Below are positions 9,584-18,412 of a stretch of DNA of 40,362 nt, piece after piece; position 1 is the stretch's first letter, and each line of letters opens with the position of its first letter. A model generated the notes under the pieces. The model saw nothing but the letters and a program-made list of their open reading frames with translations, had not been told where the DNA came from and did not search any database. The translations under genes and the position numbers were made by a program. Source of the stretch: a virus; IMG/VR virus record IMGVR_UViG_3300015360_001583; one strand, 5' to 3'.

Positions 9584-10077
9584 TGTGGCAAGTTCTTTAT
9601 GAATTCCATCCATTCTGGTTTGTAATATGTTACGATCTTGTGTTTTGCGTAATAACAAGCGTAGCTCATACAAAACAGTTCTTCAGGGTTTTGATTAAGT
9701 GAGTCGTTGTTTTGATCTTCAGGGGTCTGCTTCGTATTTTTGACGACATGGAACCACTGTTGTTTCAATTGAGGCGGCAATCGCTCCCAGACTGTGTGGG
9801 CGATTTCATGCAGAGAAGTGAATTCTCGGCCATAGTTCCATGGGGCAGCTACAGCGATTTCTTTCTCATAGTTGTCCATATACCCGACATGTTTGTCGTC
9901 ACCGCTCAGTGTGTTTCCGCCTTGAAACTTCCAAGAGAAATCCTTGACTGTGTTTCTGTGTGAAGGTGGAAGTTTGCTGAGAGTTTTGAGAATGTCGTCT
10001 TTCTCCTCTCCCATGCTGGCATCTGACTCTATGTAATCTCTGAATCTCATGTGGATATTTAGCTGGCAGTAAATCAA
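9580..10077 (-). CDS. hypothetical protein with HExxH motif (possible small zinc metallopeptidase-like)
   Basis: Contains LHEIAHTVWE (HExxH). No further zincin motifs verified. Confidence 0.35.
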   Translation of the reverse strand: MIYCQLNIHMRFRDYIESDASMGEEKDDILKTLSKLPPSHRNTVKDFSWKFQGGNTLSGDDKHVGYMDNYEKEIAVAAPWNYGREFTSLHEIAHTVWERLPPQLKQQWFHVVKNTKQTPEDQNNDSLNQNPEELFCMSYACYYAKHKIVTYYKPEWMEFIKNLPQ

Positions 10078-10363
10078 TTTCTTTCATATAATGTTTGGTG
10101 AGCACTCGCTTAGTCCAATGATGACTTAAAACCCGTCGTCACCCAGCGAAAACGGGAGGGTTTGGTTGCGTGTCCCCCAGAAAAAACGTAGACAGTTGAG
10201 GCTGGTCTGCAAAATCGGCTAATTCCTAAAGAAGATTTCCATTGATGGATCAAGTTTGGGAGGGGAATGCCTTAGAAATCGTTGCATCTGCAAATGTTGA
10301 TATGCAGATCCAAACCCAGTCTGGTGACGATTCTTTGGTTCAGCAGCTTGATTATCAAGTGTG

Positions 10364-10391
10364 TTTGTAAATGGTGGGTGTCACCTATAAT
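10364..10391 (+). promoter_or_regulatory. sigma70-like promoter (TTTGTA-N16-TATAAT)
   Basis: Perfect -10 TATAAT at 10386-10391 with a TTTGTA -35-like hexamer 16 nt upstream. Lies in the 420-nt intergenic region upstream of phoH. Confidence 0.3.
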
Positions 10392-10422
10392 CCAAACACG
10401 CCATTTCGTGGAAGAAATCTTT

Positions 10423-10456
10423 CCCACCGAGATCTCTATCTCGGTGGGTTTTTTAT
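10423..10456 (+). terminator. rho-independent terminator-like hairpin (CCCACCGAGAT...ATCTCGGTGGG + T6)
   Basis: 11-bp perfect stem with a 7-nt loop, followed by TTTTTT. Lies ~30 nt downstream of the putative promoter and 45 nt upstream of phoH. Confidence 0.5.
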
Positions 10457-10499
10457 TGATTGTCATTCTCCTAAATACATAAACCTCTAAAGGAGAAAT

Positions 10500-12269
10500 A
10501 TGGCTAGAACATCAAAAACAACCTCGACCCGTGCCCCTCGTGTTACTCGTGCTGCCAAAGAAGAATCTTCTCGCAAGCAGCCGACTGGCAATGGCAGCTT
10601 TCACATCGAATTCAAGAATCAAGCTCAGGGTCTTGCTTGGGCTGCTTTCAAGCAGCACGATGTGCTCTTTTTAACCGGCCCAGCCGGTACTGGTAAGACT
10701 CACCTTGCTTGTGCTTTTGCCATTGAGCAAATTCTTACCAAAGAAAAGAAGAGAATCATCATGACACGTCCAGTTGTTGAAGCTGGAGAATCTCTTGGGT
10801 TCCTCCCCGGTACATTCGAGGAGAAAATCGACCCATACATGATGCCAATGTATGACTGCATGGATAAATTGGTAGGAAAGGAAGGTCCGTGGAGAGACAA
10901 GATCAACTATGCCATGGAGGCCGCTCCTTTGGCTTACATGCGAGGCCGTGCGATTATTAACACAGAGTTGATCCCAACTCCAACAGGAATGAAACCAATG
11001 GGAAGCATTCAAGTCGGTGATTTGGTTATTGGAAGTGATGGATATCCAACAAAAGTTATCGGTGTGTTTCCGCAAGGGACAAAACCTGTTTTTGAAGTCA
11101 AATTTTCTGATAAAACAAAAAGTGTATGTTCTGGAGATCACCTTTGGAACACGATGACATTAAATGAAAAACGACACGGCAAGGGCTATACCACAAAAAA
11201 CACTTTTGAAATTAAAGAAAATGTAAAAAACAAACATAATCAAAAAGTTCATAGAATTCCGATAGTTTCTGGAGTTGTTCAATTTGAATCTCAACATATA
11301 AAAATAGATCCTTATTTGTTGGGGGTTTTACTGGGAGATGGACATATTCGTAAAGGAGCCGTCAGAATTACATCTGTTGATGAGGAGATTTTGACAGAGT
11401 GCGAACAAAGAATTCCTGTTGGATTGAAGTTGAAGAAAAGAACTGGTTGCGATTATGCAATTGTGTCTGAAAATAAAAACAATCAGCTTCTTAAAATGCT
11501 TTATGAGCTTGAGTTGGTTGGTTCAAAATCCAATACAAAGTTTATACCAGAAATTTATAAGTTTAACAGTGCAGAGGTAAGACTGTCTGTTTTACAAGGA
11601 TTATTGGACACAGATGGATGGATTTGTAAACATAGATCAGGAAATTGCAGAATCCAATATTGTTCTACATCCAAGCAATTAGCAGATGATGTTATGTTTG
11701 TCGTGAGATCTTTGGGCGGACATGCTTATTGCAACAAAAGAGAATTTGATGAAAAAGACGATCATCAATACAAGGAACATATCATTAGACATGTTAATCC
11801 ATCTTATGTTGTTGATATTGTTATGCCTGTGAATCCATTCAAATTAGACAGGAAGGCTAAACAGTATGGTGACAGTAAAATTTCTGTTAAATTGATTTCT
11901 AGTGTTGAAGAGGCCGGAGAGGCGGAATGTACTTGCATACAAGTTGAAGCAAAAGATCATTTGTACCTAACGAATGATTTTATTGTTACTCATAACACCT
12001 TTGACGATGCCATTTGCATCTTCGATGAGGCCCAGAACGCATCCATGATGCAACTCAAGTTGTTCATGACCAGATTTGGCGAGAACAGCAAGCTCATCAT
12101 TACTGGAGACCCAAGTCAGAGCGACTTGGCTGGCAGGGTGGCTTTAGTAGATGTTATGACCAGATTGCATTCCGTCGATGGAATCGGCATCGTAGAATTC
12201 AAGCCATCTCAAATCGTCAGACATCCGTTGATTTCCAAGATCATCGAAAAACTAGAACCGCAATCATAA
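10500..12269 (+). CDS. phoH: PhoH-like ATPase interrupted by an intein
   Basis: Walker A GPAGTGKT. PhoH blocks RPVVEAGESLGFLPG...DPYMMPMYD...EAAPLAYMRGR and, after the insert, TFDDAICIFDEAQNASMMQLKLFMTRFGENSKLIITGDPSQSDL. AAGGAG RBS upstream. The protein is 589 aa against ~250 aa for canonical PhoH. Confidence 0.9.
   Translation: MARTSKTTSTRAPRVTRAAKEESSRKQPTGNGSFHIEFKNQAQGLAWAAFKQHDVLFLTGPAGTGKTHLACAFAIEQILTKEKKRIIMTRPVVEAGESLGFLPGTFEEKIDPYMMPMYDCMDKLVGKEGPWRDKINYAMEAAPLAYMRGRAIINTELIPTPTGMKPMGSIQVGDLVIGSDGYPTKVIGVFPQGTKPVFEVKFSDKTKSVCSGDHLWNTMTLNEKRHGKGYTTKNTFEIKENVKNKHNQKVHRIPIVSGVVQFESQHIKIDPYLLGVLLGDGHIRKGAVRITSVDEEILTECEQRIPVGLKLKKRTGCDYAIVSENKNNQLLKMLYELELVGSKSNTKFIPEIYKFNSAEVRLSVLQGLLDTDGWICKHRSGNCRIQYCSTSKQLADDVMFVVRSLGGHAYCNKREFDEKDDHQYKEHIIRHVNPSYVVDIVMPVNPFKLDRKAKQYGDSKISVKLISSVEEAGEAECTCIQVEAKDHLYLTNDFIVTHNTFDDAICIFDEAQNASMMQLKLFMTRFGENSKLIITGDPSQSDLAGRVALVDVMTRLHSVDGIGIVEFKPSQIVRHPLISKIIEKLEPQS
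10950..11996 (+). mobile_element. intein (349 aa) with LAGLIDADG homing-endonuclease domain inside phoH
   Basis: Insertion between the conserved PhoH residues ...AYMRGR and TFDDAICIFDEAQ.... Hint block A AIINTELIPTPTG...VGDLVIGSDG. LAGLIDADG motifs LLGVLLGDGHI and LQGLLDTDGWI. Terminal blocks F/G ECTCIQVEAKDHLYLTNDFIVTHN followed by Thr+1. Confidence 0.8.
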
Positions 12270-12283
12270 AGTAAAAGGACAAG

Positions 12284-15274
12284 ATGCCGTCAACATTTGA
12301 TGAAACAGCACTGGGCGGAGTCATTACAAGTGGCTCTTCGCTATACGCAATTGCATCCAGACGAACTGCGTCTGGAGGTGCGGTTACGGGCGGTTCTGTA
12401 AGAATAATTCTTAGAACAAGCAAAACTGGTTCTGGCGGTACTATCACCGGTGGCTCAGCGTCTGTTTCTATCATTCGTAGCAACATCGTTTCTGGCGGAG
12501 TCAAGACTGGCGGCGTTGCTGTTCGTAAGATGTACACATTTAACACCGCTTCTGGTGGATCAGTCACAGGCGGTGCGTCCAGAAGCGGTGTATTCATCCG
12601 AGGTCATGGCGGTGCCATTACTGGTGGACTTTCTTTAGTCGTAATTGGTTTTATTGCTAGTGGCGGAATGATCACAGGAGGGTCTGGGGCACAGACATTC
12701 TTCGATTACGAAAGAGGCAATGGAGGAGTGGTTGTTGGTGGAGCAAGCATCAACAATCAACAGAGATTCTACAGATACAGTTCAACTGGCGGGATTGTTG
12801 TTAGTGGCTTAGCAGACTATGGCATACCAACCAGACGATACAACGCCACAAGCGGAATTCAGATCGGTGGAACTGCCAGCCAAAATTTGGTATTCCACTT
12901 GGATTTTGGATTTAAGTGGAACATCAATGCGAGAATCCACAATGATACCACATTCTTGTGGAACACAGGTCTGCTCATCAATTATTGGTATCGTATCATT
13001 GGCAAAGACAAATGCAATCATGATCCTTGCTGTCAGAGATACATTCTAAATGTTCATGCTCGTTCGCCAAGTGAACTTTGTGGAAAGCTTGTTAACAGAA
13101 GATACAATTTCACAATCGAAAGTGCCCAACGGTTCATAATGCCAGCAGATAATGCTGAAGTAAAACTTCAGGAAGCTGATGGTCAGAACTTTGAATGTAA
13201 CACATGGGTTCCAATTGACCTGTGCAGCATACCTTTGTGTGAAGAGTTCTGTGTCAATTATGATCTTGTAGAAGATATGTCATTCGACATCATATTCAAT
13301 CAAGTTAATGGGGATCACAATTACGAAGCAAGCGATGGCGTGTACATCACTGGATCTGCAATCACACATTACAGCAGAATTCTTCCAAGCTATTCATACG
13401 AGGCCGATGGCGGCATCATTATAGAAGGAGAGTCTCCAACTAAATCTAGTGGATTCAATTGTGTGGCTACTGGCGGGATTGCCATGGGAGGAACGCCATA
13501 TCTGAGATCCACAAGTTGGCATTTCATTGGCGGACAATGGCCAAACACATCCAGAGTAAGAACTGGAGAACAAACTGAAAGTTTGCCAGAGCTATTGACC
13601 GATCAGGTTTGGAGTCTCACAGATCGTGTTATCAAACAAGACAACTTGTTCTCTTCATCCGATATCAGTTATGGTCGCACAAGTCAATTCTTGATTGTAA
13701 GAGGGTTCGATTTCGATGTTCCAGATGACAGCACTATATTGCATGTCTATGTGACTGTTGGAAGGAAAGCCAATCAATTGTCTGTAAGAGACTTAGAAGT
13801 TTACATTCTAAATGGCGATGAGATCATTTCAGAAAATAAAGCCAAGAATGTAGATTGGCCATATCTGATTGAATCTCAAACAACCTATGACTTCACAGAT
13901 GATTTCGATGTTTCTGATATCAATGATTATAACATTGGATTTGCTTTGAGGGTGAAGGCGTTTGGGGTAACACCTTCGACTATTGCATCTGTTGATGGCG
14001 TCATGGTTGAAGTGATTTACGAAGATACATCGAATCAGAAGGTCAGAATTTCTGGAACTGCTGGAGTTGTTTCTTCTGCTTATAGTTGGGTTGGTTCAGG
14101 CGGAATCGACGTTAGTGGCACCACAACGGTCAGGCAGGGATTCAAGTACAAGCCAAATGGTGTTGGAATTACAGTCGGCGGACAGTATGAATCTGGTCTT
14201 GTCTATGAGGCTGTTGGCGGCATTCTGGTTGAAGGAAGTGCTGATGCACGACCAAGCTTCCAAGAGATCACAGCTTCTGGCGGCATGAAGACTGGCGGCG
14301 AGGGAATTGCCAAACCATACTTTGAACTTGGTTACGGCAGTTCAATGGCAGGCGGAACAGCAAGAAACAATTTGATCAACAAGATTTCTGGGACAGGAGG
14401 ATGTATTGTTTCAGGGAAAGGCAAATCGCCATCTGCCGGTATATTCAGCGTTGTCGCTGAGGGCGGCATCACTATGGGTGGAGATGCTGGCAGAAAGACA
14501 CAGAATTGGAAGTATTATCCAAGCGGAAATATCGTGTTTGTCTTGGGAGGGGCTGATTATCATTCAAGCAATTTGGGTGAATACACAGAGAGTGCTGAGT
14601 TCGACATGACTGTTGATGGAATATTGGTTGAATTCGATTCAGACAAAGACCTGCATGACGCCAAGGGCGTTGTTGAGATGTTGTCACGTTGTGGTTGTGG
14701 CGACATCCCTTTGACGTTGAACTTGGAACAGTTGATTGCCAAAGACAACAACTTTGCCAAGTTCTTGGTGAGGAATAGTTTGACAATTTCCAGCAGGCTC
14801 ACGATGCAGTACAACCTTCCAAACGACTCTTGGCAAACAAACTTGCATTACACTGGATTGTCAGCCGACACAAATACACGTGAATCTTGGAATGTGGTGT
14901 TTGACATTCAGTGTACGCAGACGCTGGGCGGAATTTTTATCGGTCGCCAGATTTGGAAACTAGGGATGGAAGTTGTGAGAAAGAATTTGAATACAGGAAA
15001 TTCTTTCTCGACAAGAGTTGTGGTGGGTGTTTTGCCAGATCAAATCTGTGCTGCAAATGAACTCAAATTCAAGGTTACTCTGGATACACAGACTGGAATG
15101 ACAGAAATTTCTCCAGTGGCCACAATTTATCAATCAGTTCTTTATGATGACATCGGCATGTTTAAGAACCAAGCTTGGATCACTTCTCCAAACCTAATAT
15201 TCACAGTCTCACAATCTGGGTTAGATGTCATTCAAAATAGAATTGACCTTACATCAGATGTTTTGGTATCATAA
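12284..15274 (+). CDS. large structural protein (996 aa) with ~20-aa Gly-rich repeats (SGGxxTGG); tail-fibre/β-helix-like
   Basis: About 10 N-terminal repeats of the type ASGGAVTGGS...SGGTITGGS...SGGVKTGG..., with a further set near residues 600-750 (SGGIDVSG, VGGILVEG, ASGGMKTGG, AEGGITMGG). The repeat reading frame makes a spurious antisense ORF. Confidence 0.5.
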   Translation: MPSTFDETALGGVITSGSSLYAIASRRTASGGAVTGGSVRIILRTSKTGSGGTITGGSASVSIIRSNIVSGGVKTGGVAVRKMYTFNTASGGSVTGGASRSGVFIRGHGGAITGGLSLVVIGFIASGGMITGGSGAQTFFDYERGNGGVVVGGASINNQQRFYRYSSTGGIVVSGLADYGIPTRRYNATSGIQIGGTASQNLVFHLDFGFKWNINARIHNDTTFLWNTGLLINYWYRIIGKDKCNHDPCCQRYILNVHARSPSELCGKLVNRRYNFTIESAQRFIMPADNAEVKLQEADGQNFECNTWVPIDLCSIPLCEEFCVNYDLVEDMSFDIIFNQVNGDHNYEASDGVYITGSAITHYSRILPSYSYEADGGIIIEGESPTKSSGFNCVATGGIAMGGTPYLRSTSWHFIGGQWPNTSRVRTGEQTESLPELLTDQVWSLTDRVIKQDNLFSSSDISYGRTSQFLIVRGFDFDVPDDSTILHVYVTVGRKANQLSVRDLEVYILNGDEIISENKAKNVDWPYLIESQTTYDFTDDFDVSDINDYNIGFALRVKAFGVTPSTIASVDGVMVEVIYEDTSNQKVRISGTAGVVSSAYSWVGSGGIDVSGTTTVRQGFKYKPNGVGITVGGQYESGLVYEAVGGILVEGSADARPSFQEITASGGMKTGGEGIAKPYFELGYGSSMAGGTARNNLINKISGTGGCIVSGKGKSPSAGIFSVVAEGGITMGGDAGRKTQNWKYYPSGNIVFVLGGADYHSSNLGEYTESAEFDMTVDGILVEFDSDKDLHDAKGVVEMLSRCGCGDIPLTLNLEQLIAKDNNFAKFLVRNSLTISSRLTMQYNLPNDSWQTNLHYTGLSADTNTRESWNVVFDIQCTQTLGGIFIGRQIWKLGMEVVRKNLNTGNSFSTRVVVGVLPDQICAANELKFKVTLDTQTGMTEISPVATIYQSVLYDDIGMFKNQAWITSPNLIFTVSQSGLDVIQNRIDLTSDVLVS

Positions 15275-15278
15275 CCTC

Positions 15279-15566
15279 ATGGAAACTCTTGTAGGCATCA
15301 TCTTAGTCATCTCAGCTTTCAACGCAATCATGTTGGTTGTGATCGGATCGGCTTTGTCAAAATTGATTCGAGAAACAGAGACAGAGGAAGAATTTGATAT
15401 TCCTCAAAAGGCACCAAAGTCATCAAAGCAGATGATTGATTTGCCGGTCGTTGGTCCGCCAACTTATGATATGGCAGTATTTGATGGCAAGGCTGAACCA
15501 TACACGGATGGTATGGAACGACGGCTCACACCCATAAAGAACTGGGACGGGATAAGCCAGCAGTAA
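15279..15566 (+). CDS. small membrane protein
   Basis: Hydrophobic helix LVGIILVISAFNAIMLVVIGSAL. Start trimmed to the first ATG after the upstream stop. Confidence 0.35.
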   Translation: METLVGIILVISAFNAIMLVVIGSALSKLIRETETEEEFDIPQKAPKSSKQMIDLPVVGPPTYDMAVFDGKAEPYTDGMERRLTPIKNWDGISQQ

Positions 15567-15577
15567 ACGAGGCAGGG

Positions 15578-16549
15578 ATGCAAGTCATATTCAAAAAAAC
15601 TCCGTACACAAGAAAGTTTGGAGTCGAGCTTGAGGTATCTCCAGATGTTCACAAGACAAAAATCGGAACTCTAATTGAAGATTTCGAGTTGTATTATGGC
15701 ACTGGCAGAACTGTGAAAGTCACGCCCGGAGTCAACGGGTGGGACATAACAAACGCCAACAATTACTGGCACGTCAAGTACGATTCGACATGTGGTCCGC
15801 TCGGCAAGCCCCATGATTCTGGGTGGGAAATCGCATCTTTCATTGGTCGCACAGAAGAGGATTTGGAGATTATTTCTGGTGTTGGCGAGTATCTTGCCGA
15901 CAGCGGAGTCTCCACCAACAGAAACTGTGGATATCACATCCACATTGATGTCTCGGATTTCACTCCAGACAGAATGGCAGTTCTTATCGCCAGATGGTTA
16001 AAGATCGAATTCTCCGTGATGTCAGCATGTCCTCCACGAAGGATCAATAATCCTCATTGTCAATTCCTGAATCTCAGGAAAATTACAGAAAATGCCTATT
16101 ACAATCCAGAACGTCTGGAGGATTTCTGGAATCGGATGGCTCCCAACAACCTTGGTGCCCACGATAACCCAGACAAACGATACACAGTCAACACAATTGG
16201 CTACAGGAACGGTCAATTCAATCCCGGATACTCTCGCAAAACCGTGGAGTTTAGGTTCCCGGAATGTTTGTTGGACAAGAAGCATATCGCCAATTGGGTG
16301 ATGATCTTGTTGTGTTTTGTGGATGACTGCTACAACACGACAGTAGCCCCCAAAAACATCCAAAAATCTCAATCATTGACTGAATCTCTACAACTTCTAG
16401 GACTGCAAGGCGATGAGAATTTCTATCTCTTAGAAGAAAAACTTTGTGATGCAAAGATGTGGTTCTTGCAGAAGATAAAAGAAGAATGCAGTAACTCCTC
16501 TTATGCAAAAGAGGCAGAAGATTTGCTTGCTTTTATCCTCACAATCTGA
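15578..16549 (+). CDS. hypothetical protein (weakly amidoligase/GS-like)
   Basis: 323-aa ORF. The segments FGVELEV and CGYHIHID are the only motifs seen. Confidence 0.4.
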   Translation: MQVIFKKTPYTRKFGVELEVSPDVHKTKIGTLIEDFELYYGTGRTVKVTPGVNGWDITNANNYWHVKYDSTCGPLGKPHDSGWEIASFIGRTEEDLEIISGVGEYLADSGVSTNRNCGYHIHIDVSDFTPDRMAVLIARWLKIEFSVMSACPPRRINNPHCQFLNLRKITENAYYNPERLEDFWNRMAPNNLGAHDNPDKRYTVNTIGYRNGQFNPGYSRKTVEFRFPECLLDKKHIANWVMILLCFVDDCYNTTVAPKNIQKSQSLTESLQLLGLQGDENFYLLEEKLCDAKMWFLQKIKEECSNSSYAKEAEDLLAFILTI

Positions 16550-16625
16550 TATATACTGTAACTTACAAACTACTTTAAGTAAAGCGTTTACGCTTACTTT
16601 ACATTTACAGAATTACGGAGTTACC

Positions 16626-17180
16626 ATGTCTACTACACAACTTGTGGAGCAATATGTCCCATTGGCTAATAAGCTGGCTTTTCAGAAGAAAAAGTCGCTG
16701 CCACGTTTCATCGACATCGAGGATTTGCGGTCAGCCGCATACCTTGGATTAGTTGAAGCAGCAAACCGTTTTAACCCAGATATGGGCGTTTGTTTTTCAA
16801 CATTCGCCTACCCACGAATCAACGGGGCAATCATTGATTACCTGCGTGATCAGGGCTGGATGAGACGGGGCGACACATGTCACATCATTAGTTTGGATGC
16901 CCCTGTGGCAAACAGCGAGATGTGCGTTCTGGGAGATACAGTCGCAGCCAAAGAAGAGATCACTGATCAAGAAGAAGTTCTTGAGGTGATCACCTTGAAT
17001 TTGGACAATCAAGCCAAAGCTGTCCTCAGACACTATTTCATTGATGAACTTTCGATGAAGGAAGTCGGTGAGAAGTTCGGTGTCACCGAGGGCAGGATCA
17101 GTCAGTTGATTAAAGAGTACAAGCAAAGAATTCGTACCGATTGGTCCGAAGAAGAGCTTCGTGCTGAACTGGCTGCGTAA
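16626..17180 (+). CDS. sigma-70 family RNA polymerase sigma factor (compact, group 3/4-like)
   Basis: Region-2-like AAYLGLVEAANRFNPDMGVCFSTFAYPRINGAIIDYLRD. Region-4 HTH LSMKEVGEKFGVTEGRISQLIKE. Start set at MSTTQ..., preceded by a GGAG RBS; the longer ORF from 16503 lacks an RBS. Confidence 0.75.
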   Translation: MSTTQLVEQYVPLANKLAFQKKKSLPRFIDIEDLRSAAYLGLVEAANRFNPDMGVCFSTFAYPRINGAIIDYLRDQGWMRRGDTCHIISLDAPVANSEMCVLGDTVAAKEEITDQEEVLEVITLNLDNQAKAVLRHYFIDELSMKEVGEKFGVTEGRISQLIKEYKQRIRTDWSEEELRAELAA

Positions 17181-17192
17181 ATTGGAGCACAA

Positions 17193-18116
17193 ATGAAGTT
17201 CTTGCTAAGTTTAGCGATTCTATTCGGCATGGTTGCCAACTCTTTTGCTGGGGAGAAGATCTTTAAGGTTCTTCGACCCAATGAAATAGCGGAGGAGAGT
17301 GCATCTGCTGGTGGAATTCCAAAAGAAATTGAGGGACTCCAATGGAATCGTTGGACCAGCAAGAACTTCGTTGTGTTAGCTCTGAATGATTCTTATGCCA
17401 AGTATCTTAATGAACACCTAGAATCGGTGAAGACTTGGACTCTCGCTCGATGGGGCTTGTTTGATGTCGATTACTCTGTGCCGTGCAAATTCATTTGCGT
17501 GGACGATCCAGCGGTATTTGAGAAATTGTTCAAACTGAAGAAGACCAAAATTGAGGTTCGTCGAGACGATAAAGGCAAGATCAAAGAAACAGTGATCTTT
17601 CTGTTGGCCGATAATTCTCCATCCCATTGCGTTCCCGGACCTCTGACAGAAATATCATTGGCGGAATTTGGGCAGAAATATGACACAGAGTTTGGTTGGT
17701 GGACCTATCGTGGCATGACTCTTCTGAATGGTTCGCTCGATCAAATTCGTGGTCGCATTTCTTACATGAAATCGCCAATCGAGAAGAACAGTCAATTGTT
17801 TTTCGGCAAGAGTTTGTTGGAACTCAAGAGAGATCAATACGAGAAGCTGTCTGATGCAGAGAAGGCTCTATTTGATTCATCGGCTGTCCTGTTCTGTTTG
17901 ATGGTTCGTAAAGAATTTGGGCAGGACAAGTTTCATCACATGATGAAAGACTCTATTGCGAACCCTGAAGCATCTTTGTCTGACAGGCTTGGATTTAGAT
18001 CCTATGCAGAATTCGACAAGACATTCAAGAGATACATGATTGATCTGTCTGGAGATGTTGTGTCTAACAAGACACCAGACCGTTACTTACAGATCTATGA
18101 GCCTGAAAGAGATTAA
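17193..18116 (+). CDS. secreted hypothetical protein (signal peptide)
   Basis: N-terminus MKFLLSLAILFGMVANSFAGE is a typical Sec signal peptide. Confidence 0.5.
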   Translation: MKFLLSLAILFGMVANSFAGEKIFKVLRPNEIAEESASAGGIPKEIEGLQWNRWTSKNFVVLALNDSYAKYLNEHLESVKTWTLARWGLFDVDYSVPCKFICVDDPAVFEKLFKLKKTKIEVRRDDKGKIKETVIFLLADNSPSHCVPGPLTEISLAEFGQKYDTEFGWWTYRGMTLLNGSLDQIRGRISYMKSPIEKNSQLFFGKSLLELKRDQYEKLSDAEKALFDSSAVLFCLMVRKEFGQDKFHHMMKDSIANPEASLSDRLGFRSYAEFDKTFKRYMIDLSGDVVSNKTPDRYLQIYEPERD

Positions 18117-18367
18117 GGCTTTTTCATCTTCTTCATCTTCTTCATAAACATGGGTTTTGCACCCATTGGACCTGCTGCTCCACCACCTCCACCACCTCCA
18201 CCGCCACTTCCACCTCTAGGAGTCTGTCCAGAGACAGGTCCAAGTAGGTTCTTGAATGGTTGGCCATCAGATGGTTTTTTGACGCTAGAAGCTACAGGGA
18301 ATCCTAGAAGCCCGTTGTCGCCGTTACCGCCTTCTTCTGTAAGTTTGATGAAGTGTTTGAATCTCAT
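18113..18367 (-). CDS. Gly-rich small protein with Lys-rich C-terminus (uncertain)
   Basis: Minus-strand ORF over a (CCACCT)n simple repeat, encoding a G11 run and a KKMKKMKKP tail. Convergent with the upstream gene, with shared TTAA stop overlap. The + strand alternative is poly-Pro and less protein-like. Confidence 0.25.
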   Translation of the reverse strand: MRFKHFIKLTEEGGNGDNGLLGFPVASSVKKPSDGQPFKNLLGPVSGQTPRGGSGGGGGGGGGAAGPMGAKPMFMKKMKKMKKP

Positions 18368-18412
18368 GCTTTATCTATTGCTCAATGATGTGATTTCATA
18401 TAATCTATTGGT

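Noticed and set aside
10500-12269. Interpreting the 589-aa PhoH as a fusion with a novel middle domain
   Set aside because: The junctions have exact intein hallmarks (Hint block A, THN + Thr+1, LAGLIDADG motifs), and the flanks rejoin into a contiguous PhoH.
12241-12597. 118-aa minus-strand ORF with PPV/TPP repeats
   Set aside because: It is the reverse-complement reading of the SGGxxTGG repeat region of the large + strand structural gene, i.e. a periodicity artefact.
16503-16625. Longer sigma-factor ORF starting at 16503
   Set aside because: The extension has no RBS and odd composition. The MSTTQ start at 16626 has a GGAG RBS and matches the typical sigma N-terminus.
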